A DNA stretch of 41,751 nt from a virus (taxonomy: Duplodnaviria > Caudoviricetes), in the IMG/VR virus record IMGVR_UViG_3300011335_000584, positions 1 to 41,751 of that record; one strand, written 5' to 3'. Below the pieces are notes generated by a model. The model was not told where the DNA came from, made no database searches, and worked only from the letters and a program-made list of their open reading frames with translations. Each line of letters starts with the position of its first letter. Position 1 is the stretch's first letter. The translations under genes and the position numbers were made by a program. Below are positions 22,836-32,189 of this stretch, in pieces.

Positions 22836-23552
22836 TTATGTTAAAGTTACATTCCATTTTCTTGATAAGTAGTTCATAACAGTCAATGCTTGTGCATCTG
22901 TTATTGCGGCGTTATATAAAATAATCTCTGCAATACTACCAATTAATGGCAGTGTTAAACTTGCTGCGGTTCCTATATAGGCAGCGGTAGGCGTAGTGTC
23001 GGTTGCACTGGTGTTAGTTGATAATGTCGTTGAGTTTGCCGCTATTCCTTGCGTTGTTGAAGAACGCCTCATATACGCAATGCTAAAGTTGGTATTTGTT
23101 ATTCCGCTTACAGACCTAGAGCCGCCACCTGCGTTTCTATTTGTAAATGATTGAAAGCCAGCAGTAGAAGAAAATATATGGAAATACTGGCTTGTCGCAC
23201 CCGTCGCCATGGCTATTGTTGTTTCGATAAGCCCTGTTTCAGTTGCTCTTTTTGCCACTACAAATAATGTGTTTGCACCACTTGGAATAGTATATACAGC
23301 AGATGGTAGCGTCATTTGGTCTGTGGTAAAATCAATAACGTTTTTACCGTTTCGGGTGGTATCACCTGTGCGTGGTGAACCGCTACTTGTTGTGGCATTG
23401 TTTGCGTTGCCTGACTTATCACGCCAAGAAGTAACGTTGCCACTGGTGTTAATAACAGTTGAAGTATCCGCAGCGTCAAGCCATAGCTTTAAAGAAGTGC
23501 CAATAAGCGTTGGTAAAAATGGTTGCCTATCAAATAACAACGGATAACTCAT
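22836..23552 (-). CDS. LamG/ConA-like lectin-domain virion protein
   Basis: LWLDAAD...V.SW.DKSGN.N...G.IAEII.YN...YL..KW pattern. Confidence 0.75.
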   Translation of the reverse strand: MSYPLLFDRQPFLPTLIGTSLKLWLDAADTSTVINTSGNVTSWRDKSGNANNATTSSGSPRTGDTTRNGKNVIDFTTDQMTLPSAVYTIPSGANTLFVVAKRATETGLIETTIAMATGATSQYFHIFSSTAGFQSFTNRNAGGGSRSVSGITNTNFSIAYMRRSSTTQGIAANSTTLSTNTSATDTTPTAAYIGTAASLTLPLIGSIAEIILYNAAITDAQALTVMNYLSRKWNVTLT

Positions 23553-23896
23553 TCTATCTCTCTTGTGTAAATTATATATGTTTTTGCAGTTTCAGAAGAG
23601 TTAAACACTAACTTACAAACCATAACGCCAGCGGTTATTTGAGGAGGGATTATTATTTGTTTACTTGCAACAATCGTAAATGTCACATCGCCCACCGCTC
23701 CATACTGCCCTAGACTATCGTAAACCTCATCAAAAGTACCAGTGCTTGTGGAGGAGGCTTCTATTTTCATAGTTGTACTTGCTATACCAGAAGGAGTTTG
23801 TACCCCTACTAGAACACGATTATCTAAATTAATAGCCGATGTTGTTGTGCCTGATGTTATAACTATTTCTTGTGCTTGTATTAGTTGTCTTGCCAT
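23549..23896 (-). CDS. Small beta-rich virion/tail-associated protein
   Basis: GGAGG RBS; Thr/Ser/Ile-rich; tail module position. Confidence 0.65.
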   Translation of the reverse strand: MARQLIQAQEIVITSGTTTSAINLDNRVLVGVQTPSGIASTTMKIEASSTSTGTFDEVYDSLGQYGAVGDVTFTIVASKQIIIPPQITAGVMVCKLVFNSSETAKTYIIYTREIE

Positions 23897-23898
23897 AT

Positions 23899-24204
23899 TT
23901 ATTCCTCCTTTGGAAATCTTTGTTTTATTTCAGCTCTTTTATCAAGCCATACTTTTTTGTCAATTTCACCTGCTGCAACTTCAAAAAATAAATCATCAGC
24001 TTCCGCTCTCATTGCGGCTTGAATATTTGCCTTTCTTTGGGCGACTTTTCTTTTTTTCGAGTCGGCAGCCCAAGCTATTTGCTTAGCCCCTAGCTCCGCC
24101 TCATCTTCCGCTGTTAATAAAAAATGCACGCCATTAACAGTTTTAACTGACGTGTTTATAGCGACGTGCTCTTTTTCGCCTTGTAAATTAATAACCTCTT
24201 TCAT
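23899..24204 (-). CDS. Tail fibre assembly/chaperone-like protein
   Basis: Follows tail fibre; EAD.LFF.......W......IK.RFPK C-terminus. Confidence 0.6.
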   Translation of the reverse strand: MKEVINLQGEKEHVAINTSVKTVNGVHFLLTAEDEAELGAKQIAWAADSKKRKVAQRKANIQAAMRAEADDLFFEVAAGEIDKKVWLDKRAEIKQRFPKEE

Positions 24205-25439
24205 TATAAAACCCCATAAAGTTTAAACGTGCCTGAAGTTATATTTCCTGAAGCAGAATAGAGCTGTATTGCATTTACGGCAGAATTAGATTTTAATCTA
24301 CCGCTTCCAATAATTGTCACTAATGCACTTGATTCGTTTATCAAAGATGTATGAAAGGAAACGTTTTTTTGCATAGTCGTACCAGCAGGATTAAAAATTT
24401 CTATTCTTGCACACAACCCTTCCCCAGAAGCGTTACCTACCCCCGAACCTCCAGTTAGATGTATAAAACTATTCGCATCATCCGAAGACGCAACAACCCC
24501 TCCCAGCTCTATAAGCGTGATGTTGTTGTAACTATAATCCGAAGCCCCCCCATAAGTCGAGCCTCCGTCTAAAGACATCCTCATATACAAACTTGTAGCA
24601 TCAGTTGCTGGTATATGGTTAATAACATCTATAATATATTTTTTATAAGCAGACGTTATACCACTTGTGAATTGTATATCCGCAGAAGCACTTGCGGTTT
24701 GAGTTGATAACAGAACTAAACTAGTTCCTGTACTCCAAGTTGGGGGAGCATCCGCCCCAGCCGAAGTCAGAACCTGCCCCGAAGTACCTTGTGAATTTAA
24801 GAATACAAACCCATCATCGGTAGAGTTCTGCATCAAAATCGCACCTTGTTTCGATGCGGTAAAACTTATATCTTTGGTAGCTATAGAGCCTAAACCAAGC
24901 GTTGCCCTAGCGGTTGCCACATCGGTATCGTCTAATAATGTTTCGATATAATCAGAAACCGTCAATTCACCAAGGTCGATTGTATTGGAAAAAGCAAAGC
25001 CACTTAAATCTGTTTTTAATTGCAAGAACTTCCCACCGTTGCCTGTAACCGTCACTTCTGGGTCAAAACCTGTTGTGCCAACTGGCACAGTCACGGAACG
25101 CTCTATAGAGTCTCGTAACTGTTGGCATTGCATAGCTAATAAATCGAATTGCTTTTCTGTTACGTCCGCAGGGTTGCCATCATAATTTACAAAATCTGAC
25201 TGCTGCTCATACGCTACAAGCCTTTCTATAATTATAGGGGCAGAGCTTGCAGGGGCAGATGTGAATGTAACAGTACCAACCGCTCCATTTCCACCTGTTA
25301 CAGTGTATGCTGTGGTTACAGAGCCACTAACCTTAACTATTAAATCCGTAGACTCATAAAATGAAAATACCGTTGAATAGGCAGTAGTAACACCATTACC
25401 TGTATATGTTTTTACATTTGATACATCGGATATTGTCAT
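24204..25439 (-). CDS. Tail fibre (T7 gp17-like N-terminal anchor)
   Basis: YTGNGVTT.Y...F...DL.V...I.R......D.L.M..QQ anchor; ARATLGLG and GTSGQVLTS.G repeats. Confidence 0.85.
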   Translation of the reverse strand: MTISDVSNVKTYTGNGVTTAYSTVFSFYESTDLIVKVSGSVTTAYTVTGGNGAVGTVTFTSAPASSAPIIIERLVAYEQQSDFVNYDGNPADVTEKQFDLLAMQCQQLRDSIERSVTVPVGTTGFDPEVTVTGNGGKFLQLKTDLSGFAFSNTIDLGELTVSDYIETLLDDTDVATARATLGLGSIATKDISFTASKQGAILMQNSTDDGFVFLNSQGTSGQVLTSAGADAPPTWSTGTSLVLLSTQTASASADIQFTSGITSAYKKYIIDVINHIPATDATSLYMRMSLDGGSTYGGASDYSYNNITLIELGGVVASSDDANSFIHLTGGSGVGNASGEGLCARIEIFNPAGTTMQKNVSFHTSLINESSALVTIIGSGRLKSNSAVNAIQLYSASGNITSGTFKLYGVL

Positions 25440-25485
25440 ATAAGCCTCTCATTTAGATATATATTATATTTGTGCAACTATCAAA

Positions 25486-27933
25486 CTATTTTACCACGCT
25501 TGAAGGCTTTATAAAAAATTCTTGGTCATTTTCTTTTTTAACCCTTTTTTCCATTCTTCTTAAAGAGCCGGGATTAAGTGACTCTTGTAGCTGGTAAAGC
25601 ATTGTATAGTTTAAAACTGGTCGAACGTAGAATAAGTTGGCAAATGGCGTATTATCTGCGATAAATTTAACCGATGATGCGGCAGTGTCCGCACCCTCTA
25701 ATGACTTAGCTTTTGTAAATATAGCGAATAAATCGTTTAAATCTCCTGCCGTAGGTCCCATCATTGTTGTTGTGGCGTTTCTACCAAATCTATCAAATTC
25801 GCCAAATACAAAATCGCCCAATATCCCACCTCCTCCGCCTTGTAGATATGATGCCAAAAAGGTTTTAGGGTCATTTAAAGGTCTAGGCTCCTTCCCTTTA
25901 ACTATATCTTTTGCACTCATTGCCGCATAACCTAATGCGGTCATTGCTAAAGAGGATTGCACCATCATAAGATAATCAGGACGACCTTTTGCAAATATAG
26001 CCCTGCCGTACATTTTTGACATAAGCGTGATAGGAAATGATTTAAATTGCATCATAAACCTTAAAAGCTCACCAGTTGGCGTTCCTCTTAATGTTCCTTG
26101 ATTTGATATAGCTTGCTCTCTTGCGTCTGGTGTTATTGTGGCGTGGTCTATAATATCAAGATAGAATCCCCTTAATTTATCTTCCAGCACTTCTTTCTGC
26201 TTTAAGGCGTTTTTACCAAAGATAGCATCATCTAACCCCTGTATAGCGTCTGGCGTAATATATTCCCCATCTTCAACCTTTGTTGCCGCCTGCCTTATAA
26301 TATCCCAATCTTGTTGGGTTATTCCAGCATTGTTAAAGTGCCTTGATATATCCGCATCTAATTGGTCGAACGCTGTATTTTTAAGCCCTGCTATATGGTT
26401 TGCTAATGCTATTGCAGTACCGTCCTTTTGTGCATCGTTCCACCACGTCATAAAATTCATTTTAAAAAATAATCTTTGGGCTTTTGAAAGCATACCAGGT
26501 AAATCATCAGTAGATGAAAATTTAGCTACCATCGCACCTGACATAGCTTCGGAGCCTGCCCTTATTGAGCGTGCAATATTCATTCTGGTTTCGTTATTAC
26601 CGCCAACAGCCTTAACAACGTCCGCAACTGAAGTTCCGTAAGATTCAAAAACTCCCTTCCCTAATCCCTGTAACTCTATTGCCTTCACTGGCAAATCTGT
26701 GATAGATGAAAACACCGCACCGCCCAAACTTGACATGCTTTGAATCATTCTTATAGTAGAGCCAACTTTTGCAAGCGTTGGATTTTCAGGTATATATACG
26801 CTTAAATCTAATTCTTTATAGAAATTCTGTACCGCAGATACATCATTTGGTTTAGCTATTTTATCAGGCTTATCTCTGTATTGTTTATTTAATTTATCAA
26901 TTAAAGCGTCAACCATAGCTTGTGGATTTGTTCCTAGTTTTTCCAATAAACCCACATTTCTTGCGTTAGTTATTAAATGATTTCCAAGCCCATCAGATAG
27001 GCTTTTTGTTCCGTATTCCATTCTATATGTGTGCGAAGTTTCAGCGTCTTTAAAATGCAATACTCTATGATTACTTACTTTCTTAGCAAGATTTCTTGCA
27101 CCTTTAAAAACAAATAGACTATCTGTTTTTTCTGTTTTCTTCTTACTAATTCCTGTCGTGATGACTTCGTAAGCACTACGTAAAAACTCCTCTTTATCAG
27201 CAGAACCGAATGTTTTTTCATGGTCAAGCTGGTTAATAATCTTATTCCGCCACGCTTCATAACCTAGTTTTCTGATTTTAACTCTATCATGCGTTTGAGA
27301 AATAGAAAAATTATCCAGTGTGGAAATATCCGCACCAGCTCTGTTTAATCTTTGCCTTAAAGACTCGCTATATTTATGGAATATATCAGCTACCGCCTGT
27401 GCTTCTTTAGAGCCTGATACACCAGATTTACCAGTCCTTGAAAGGTTGAATAATTCTTTTTCTATTTCTAAATCAAACTTTCCACTGGTTAATACTTTTC
27501 TATATCCTGACTTATCTAAATCTTGATTAAATTTAGCCATATATTGATTGGTAATAGTTTTTATATGACTATCTACCGAAGCCCTGCCTTGATTATAAAG
27601 CCCTTGCACACCTACTAATATAGCTTGCATTGACTTCCTGATATTTAGCCCCTCTGCTATATATTCATCAGCCCTATTTAAGAATTGTTTTTGAATCCGT
27701 AAATTAGAAAGTGCGTTCCGCTCTTGGATTTGGGCTTGCCTTCTCGCCTCAATTTGCCTCGAAGCTAATTCATCGACTACCGCATCATCAAAATCAACGC
27801 CTTCTCGTACTTTTTTCATTGCAGCTTCTTTGACTTCATCTATTAGTTTTTGTGCGTCTTTTTCTGATAAAGTAGCGTTGCCTTCCGTGTCCCTTGAAGC
27901 CTCTACAATTCTAAATCTGCAATCTCTACCCAT
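25486..27933 (-). CDS. Internal virion (ejection) protein, large
   Basis: Last of the internal virion gene series; QFKSFP and GGG.GI.GD motifs; start reassigned to ATG 27933 (GAGGT RBS). Confidence 0.75.
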   Translation of the reverse strand: MGRDCRFRIVEASRDTEGNATLSEKDAQKLIDEVKEAAMKKVREGVDFDDAVVDELASRQIEARRQAQIQERNALSNLRIQKQFLNRADEYIAEGLNIRKSMQAILVGVQGLYNQGRASVDSHIKTITNQYMAKFNQDLDKSGYRKVLTSGKFDLEIEKELFNLSRTGKSGVSGSKEAQAVADIFHKYSESLRQRLNRAGADISTLDNFSISQTHDRVKIRKLGYEAWRNKIINQLDHEKTFGSADKEEFLRSAYEVITTGISKKKTEKTDSLFVFKGARNLAKKVSNHRVLHFKDAETSHTYRMEYGTKSLSDGLGNHLITNARNVGLLEKLGTNPQAMVDALIDKLNKQYRDKPDKIAKPNDVSAVQNFYKELDLSVYIPENPTLAKVGSTIRMIQSMSSLGGAVFSSITDLPVKAIELQGLGKGVFESYGTSVADVVKAVGGNNETRMNIARSIRAGSEAMSGAMVAKFSSTDDLPGMLSKAQRLFFKMNFMTWWNDAQKDGTAIALANHIAGLKNTAFDQLDADISRHFNNAGITQQDWDIIRQAATKVEDGEYITPDAIQGLDDAIFGKNALKQKEVLEDKLRGFYLDIIDHATITPDAREQAISNQGTLRGTPTGELLRFMMQFKSFPITLMSKMYGRAIFAKGRPDYLMMVQSSLAMTALGYAAMSAKDIVKGKEPRPLNDPKTFLASYLQGGGGGILGDFVFGEFDRFGRNATTTMMGPTAGDLNDLFAIFTKAKSLEGADTAASSVKFIADNTPFANLFYVRPVLNYTMLYQLQESLNPGSLRRMEKRVKKENDQEFFIKPSSVVK

Positions 27934-27935
27934 AT

Positions 27936-29594
27936 TTACCTCACTAAACAATTTTTAAGATTGCTGTATATATTTTCCCACACGGCTACATTTTTATTGA
28001 TTTCTTGTAGATTATCCAAAACCTGTAAATCTTCATTTTCTAATAATCCTTGCTGCTTCATTTCGTTTATCTGCTCTTTTTCATATTCGTCTATAGCTTC
28101 ATCTTTCATGTTAATTTTTTCTAAATCTACGTCAACTTGTGGCGATTCATCATAAACAGGAGTTTTTAAATTTTCTTGAAATCGCTTAACCTCTGGGCTG
28201 GTGCCAGCATTGCGTAATTGCTGTGTTTTAATATCTTTTTCTAAACTCTTTATTTGTGAGCGTAATTGTTGTTTCTGCTCTCTTATACTTTGCGTAACCG
28301 CCTTTATTTGAGGGGCTACTTTCTCCCTTTTTATAGTTTCTAATTTAGATTTTAAAGGAACTATTTTTGCGTCTAATGCTGCATTTTCATGTGCAAGTTT
28401 TTTAGCTAACTTCCTATCAGTAATTCTTTGGCTTTCTAACTCATTTATTTGTTTCTCGATTTTACTTATTTCTTTAACAGGCAAGTCTTTTAATTGTGCT
28501 TGAAAATATTCAGGCGATTCTATCTTTTTAACTTCTGCCCTTAGATTATTTGCTGATAAAACTTTCTCAACCAGGTCTGGCGTGATTTGAGGCGTTTCTT
28601 TTATTCCATAGGGATTGTAATATTGCATTACTAAATCTTGTGCAGCCTCATTAGGCGTTTTGCCTTCGCCTCTTGCACCAGCTAATAGCCCCTGCTCATC
28701 GTTAAATCTAGCCTCAAACTTACCTTTACTTATTTGCATAATATCAGGAAAAGACTCTAAACGTTCTTTTGTCAAGGTCGTAAATTCTGCCACTTTATTA
28801 GCTTTCGAGAGAGTCGCTACCGCCTCCACATCAATTGGTTGTCCTTGTGAGGCTTGTAGCAAGGCTGTATCAAACTCCTGCACTGCGTCTGTTGGAATGT
28901 AAGTTTTGGCTTTGCGTAATTGATACGCTTTAACACCGCCACCAATACCAGCACCCAATATCATACTTAAACCAAAGTTCATCAGCGTATCTGTTGCGGT
29001 GTAATCACCCTGAACTTTACGGCTGGATTCTTGACTGCCTATTTCTGTTAGTCCAGCACCAATTGCACCTTCCGCACCCCCCCTTATAGCAGCCCCTTTT
29101 ATTGTTTGAGTAGACATTAGCCGCCCAAGTGTTGGAATAGCAGAGCCAACACCACCAGTTAAAAATGTCGCAGCTACACCACTTACAAAATTTTTAGGCT
29201 CAAATATTCCAGCACCTATAGAACTGGTAAAACCTAAGCCTTTTTGAAAGCCAGTTGCTTTACTTATTACATTTTCTCTTTCTGTTCTTTCTGCGTCAAT
29301 TTCACTTAGAACGTTTGCAGCTTGTGGTGTTACGCCTTCGTACCAACTTACATTTGGGTGTAAGTTTTCAGCTTTCCACTGCTCTTGGGTAATAGGCTCC
29401 CCCCTTACCTCGGCACTTCGTACTCTATCTGCTGAAATATCTTGCGATAAAGAACCGTCACCGCTATAAACCTCATCAACATAAGCACCTATAACATCGC
29501 CTGTGGTAACTTGTTTATTAGCAATACGAGCTATATTGCCTCTGTCGCTTGGTACAGGGTCTTTTATTCCAAAAGCTTCAGCGATTCTATCCAT
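27936..29594 (-). CDS. Internal virion (ejection) protein
   Basis: Gly/Ala-rich hydrophobic segments followed by coiled coil; synteny. Confidence 0.7.
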   Translation of the reverse strand: MDRIAEAFGIKDPVPSDRGNIARIANKQVTTGDVIGAYVDEVYSGDGSLSQDISADRVRSAEVRGEPITQEQWKAENLHPNVSWYEGVTPQAANVLSEIDAERTERENVISKATGFQKGLGFTSSIGAGIFEPKNFVSGVAATFLTGGVGSAIPTLGRLMSTQTIKGAAIRGGAEGAIGAGLTEIGSQESSRKVQGDYTATDTLMNFGLSMILGAGIGGGVKAYQLRKAKTYIPTDAVQEFDTALLQASQGQPIDVEAVATLSKANKVAEFTTLTKERLESFPDIMQISKGKFEARFNDEQGLLAGARGEGKTPNEAAQDLVMQYYNPYGIKETPQITPDLVEKVLSANNLRAEVKKIESPEYFQAQLKDLPVKEISKIEKQINELESQRITDRKLAKKLAHENAALDAKIVPLKSKLETIKREKVAPQIKAVTQSIREQKQQLRSQIKSLEKDIKTQQLRNAGTSPEVKRFQENLKTPVYDESPQVDVDLEKINMKDEAIDEYEKEQINEMKQQGLLENEDLQVLDNLQEINKNVAVWENIYSNLKNCLVR

Positions 29595-31312
29595 TAATCC
29601 ACACCTAACTTTTCTTTAATCATATTTATATATTCAGCGTCTTTAGCTTCTTTTGACTTTACATTGCCCTCAAGGATGTCTTTTACAGGTAGTTTAAATA
29701 TTTGCCTATCAGACTTCCTTAAAACTGGACTGTTGAATTTATCTTTTAAGTAGTAATAATCCTGATTAGGGGAAAGTATAAATTTAGCATTTCTTTGTAT
29801 TTCTTTTATATCAGACGCACCAGTTCCTGTTATATCTATATCCTCTATTGTTATATTATCTAAAGCATTATCTAATCCATCCTCAAGTGCATCGATGTCG
29901 TTAATATAATCAGGCACTCTTGCATATTTATCAGAACCATGCTCAACGGTTCTTATTTTCTCATTAAACCAATTAATAGCAAGATTAATAGAATCTTCGT
30001 GGGCGTACCCCTGCGACTGAAAATACATGGCTATATCATTCATTTTACCGTGCAAATCTGTTAAGTCCGCACCTTCTGAAATTAAAACCTCTCTTACTTC
30101 TCTGGTTTTTTCTTCCACGTCTTCATTTATCATTTGAGCGTCCGCACCCCTTGTTTTCGCAAGCTCTTTATATTGTTGTCCTTTAGTACTCATTTGGAAA
30201 AGTGCGTCCATAACAGGTTTATCTTTAGCTTCCATAATCGCAGCGTAAGAAATATCCTGTTTTAATCCGTTCTTTTTTAAATCTCGCATATAAATATCAA
30301 AAGTATCGCCATACTCGGCTTTTCTTTGTTGCATATGGTTTAGATATTCATCAGCCGATTGAAAACCATTAACGTTAAACGCCTCTGCTGTAGCGACTTC
30401 TTTTGGCAAAACCGATATATTGCCACCAGCCACACCACCTACTTGCTGAAAAGCAACCATTTCTTGAGGGCTGCTAGCTCCATTCATCATAGCGTATTTT
30501 GCAGGGTCGGAGAATTTAGCTCTTAACGCTTCGTTTTCTCTTGCTAACGCTTCTTTCTGTAGGGACTCAATGCGATTTTCCGCTTGCAAGTTTAGCCTTT
30601 GGAACGTACCGGAATCTATATTAGTTCGGTACTCCTCACTTGCTAAAAGATTTTTTACACCATAAGGATTACTGTCTATTTCCGCCATTATACGAGCGGA
30701 ATAAACCTCGTTATTGGCATCACGATAAAACTTTTGCGTTTCAGCAGGAGTCATAAACTGCTTGGAGCTTTCTACTATCGAACTTACTTGGTTTTTATAC
30801 TTATTGAAATTCTTAGGGTCTATTGCAATGGTGTTAGCTATATTACTAACCGAACTTAACGCATCGCCCTTTTCTATCTCAACTACTTGCCTTGCTTGAT
30901 ACTCATTAGCCGCCCCCCCTAAATCTAAACCTAATTGATTAGCTTTTAAGGTGAAATTCTCTTTTGCTAGGTTATTCGGTGCCTTGGCTAAAATGCTGTC
31001 TTGACGCTCCTTGTACCAACCATTGAACGTATCAGAAAATGTATTAACATCTTCCACTTCATTTTTAAGGGTTTCTAATTTAGTCTTAGCTTCTAATTGT
31101 AAAGTAGACACTTCTTTAATCAAAAAAGCGTTTGCTTCACGCTCTCTTTTCCTGTCGTATATACCTTCAACGTCTTGTCCAAATTGACTAATAGCACCAG
31201 CTACATTAGTAAGCTGTCGCCCTATTCCTGCCCCGAACTGCTCCCCTGTGGCGTTAACAGGAGAACCAACCGAAGGTCTTTGTTGTGCGGAATATTTCTG
31301 TATTACTGGCAT
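29594..31312 (-). CDS. Internal virion (ejection) protein
   Basis: MPVI..Y start, helical; follows gp14-like gene. Confidence 0.7.
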   Translation of the reverse strand: MPVIQKYSAQQRPSVGSPVNATGEQFGAGIGRQLTNVAGAISQFGQDVEGIYDRKREREANAFLIKEVSTLQLEAKTKLETLKNEVEDVNTFSDTFNGWYKERQDSILAKAPNNLAKENFTLKANQLGLDLGGAANEYQARQVVEIEKGDALSSVSNIANTIAIDPKNFNKYKNQVSSIVESSKQFMTPAETQKFYRDANNEVYSARIMAEIDSNPYGVKNLLASEEYRTNIDSGTFQRLNLQAENRIESLQKEALARENEALRAKFSDPAKYAMMNGASSPQEMVAFQQVGGVAGGNISVLPKEVATAEAFNVNGFQSADEYLNHMQQRKAEYGDTFDIYMRDLKKNGLKQDISYAAIMEAKDKPVMDALFQMSTKGQQYKELAKTRGADAQMINEDVEEKTREVREVLISEGADLTDLHGKMNDIAMYFQSQGYAHEDSINLAINWFNEKIRTVEHGSDKYARVPDYINDIDALEDGLDNALDNITIEDIDITGTGASDIKEIQRNAKFILSPNQDYYYLKDKFNSPVLRKSDRQIFKLPVKDILEGNVKSKEAKDAEYINMIKEKLGVD

Positions 31313-31773
31313 TATGCGAACCCTCCTGTTGCCGCTTTTTCTACGGTTTTAAGCAATGAGCCTGTACCTCTTAAAATAGCAGCGGCAGAACCAACCTTTC
31401 CAGCCTTTCTCGCAGAATCAGCTCCCATAATATCCAATCTAGCACCTGTAAGTAAGTCTTTTTCAGCCACTGCACCACGTTGTTTTATCGTGAGAATATC
31501 TAACTCATCCTGAACCGCATTACTTTCTATAATATCTTTTATACTTCCTTCAACACCGCCCATAGCACCAGCCGTTGCTCTTGCTGTTCCTACTCTTGAG
31601 GCTGCATCTCTTTTGGCACTTTGAACATCTGCCTCTGTCACGGTTTTTTGAATACCAGCTTTTTCTCTTGCTTGCTGGGCGTTAAATTCAGAAGCTCTCG
31701 CCTCTGATTCAGCTGATTGTCTAATACCTTTTGCCTCTACTAAACTTGCACCAAAATCAAATAATCCACTCAT
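31312..31773 (-). CDS. Internal virion protein (T7 gp14-like)
   Basis: Ala/Gly-rich, NAQ.A...G..RA...A.GG..GS; synteny. Confidence 0.7.
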   Translation of the reverse strand: MSGLFDFGASLVEAKGIRQSAESEARASEFNAQQAREKAGIQKTVTEADVQSAKRDAASRVGTARATAGAMGGVEGSIKDIIESNAVQDELDILTIKQRGAVAEKDLLTGARLDIMGADSARKAGKVGSAAAILRGTGSLLKTVEKAATGGFA

Positions 31774-32189
31774 TTACACCTCGCATATAAACTATATGTT
31801 TGCCCTTCGTAATAATTAGGCATATCAACCTCTTTTATCATTCCTAATAATTCCGCCCATCTATGCCCTTCTTTAAAATTTGTCTCAATAGTTGCCTCTA
31901 TCCTTTGATATTTTGATAACTCTAAAAATGTTCTAATTGTTTTAGATAATCCAAACATTTGTCTTGTGGCATATTTTGATAACATGCACCAAACTAAAGC
32001 ACGCCCTCCCCCTGCATTATACAATCCAGCCATCATAACACATACCCCATCACAAAGCACGCTATAAGCTTCTGTTTCTGCCAGCCCTTCCCGATATTCT
32101 TTATCAGCAATTAGTGTGGTCATAAATTCTTGCCTATCTTGCAACTCAAACCCATCTAAATGGTGCAAACTAAAGGGTATAACTATCAT
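31770..32189 (-). CDS. GNAT-like virion assembly protein (T7 gp13 position)
   Basis: RIEATI...F..GHRWAELLG...E motif; downstream of tail tubular B. Confidence 0.7.
   Translation of the reverse strand: MIVIPFSLHHLDGFELQDRQEFMTTLIADKEYREGLAETEAYSVLCDGVCVMMAGLYNAGGGRALVWCMLSKYATRQMFGLSKTIRTFLELSKYQRIEATIETNFKEGHRWAELLGMIKEVDMPNYYEGQTYSLYARCK

Noticed and set aside
20980-25439. Diversity-generating retroelement, suggested by the BPP-1-like virion module
   Set aside because: No reverse transcriptase ORF and no TR/VR pair differing at adenines was seen near the tail genes.
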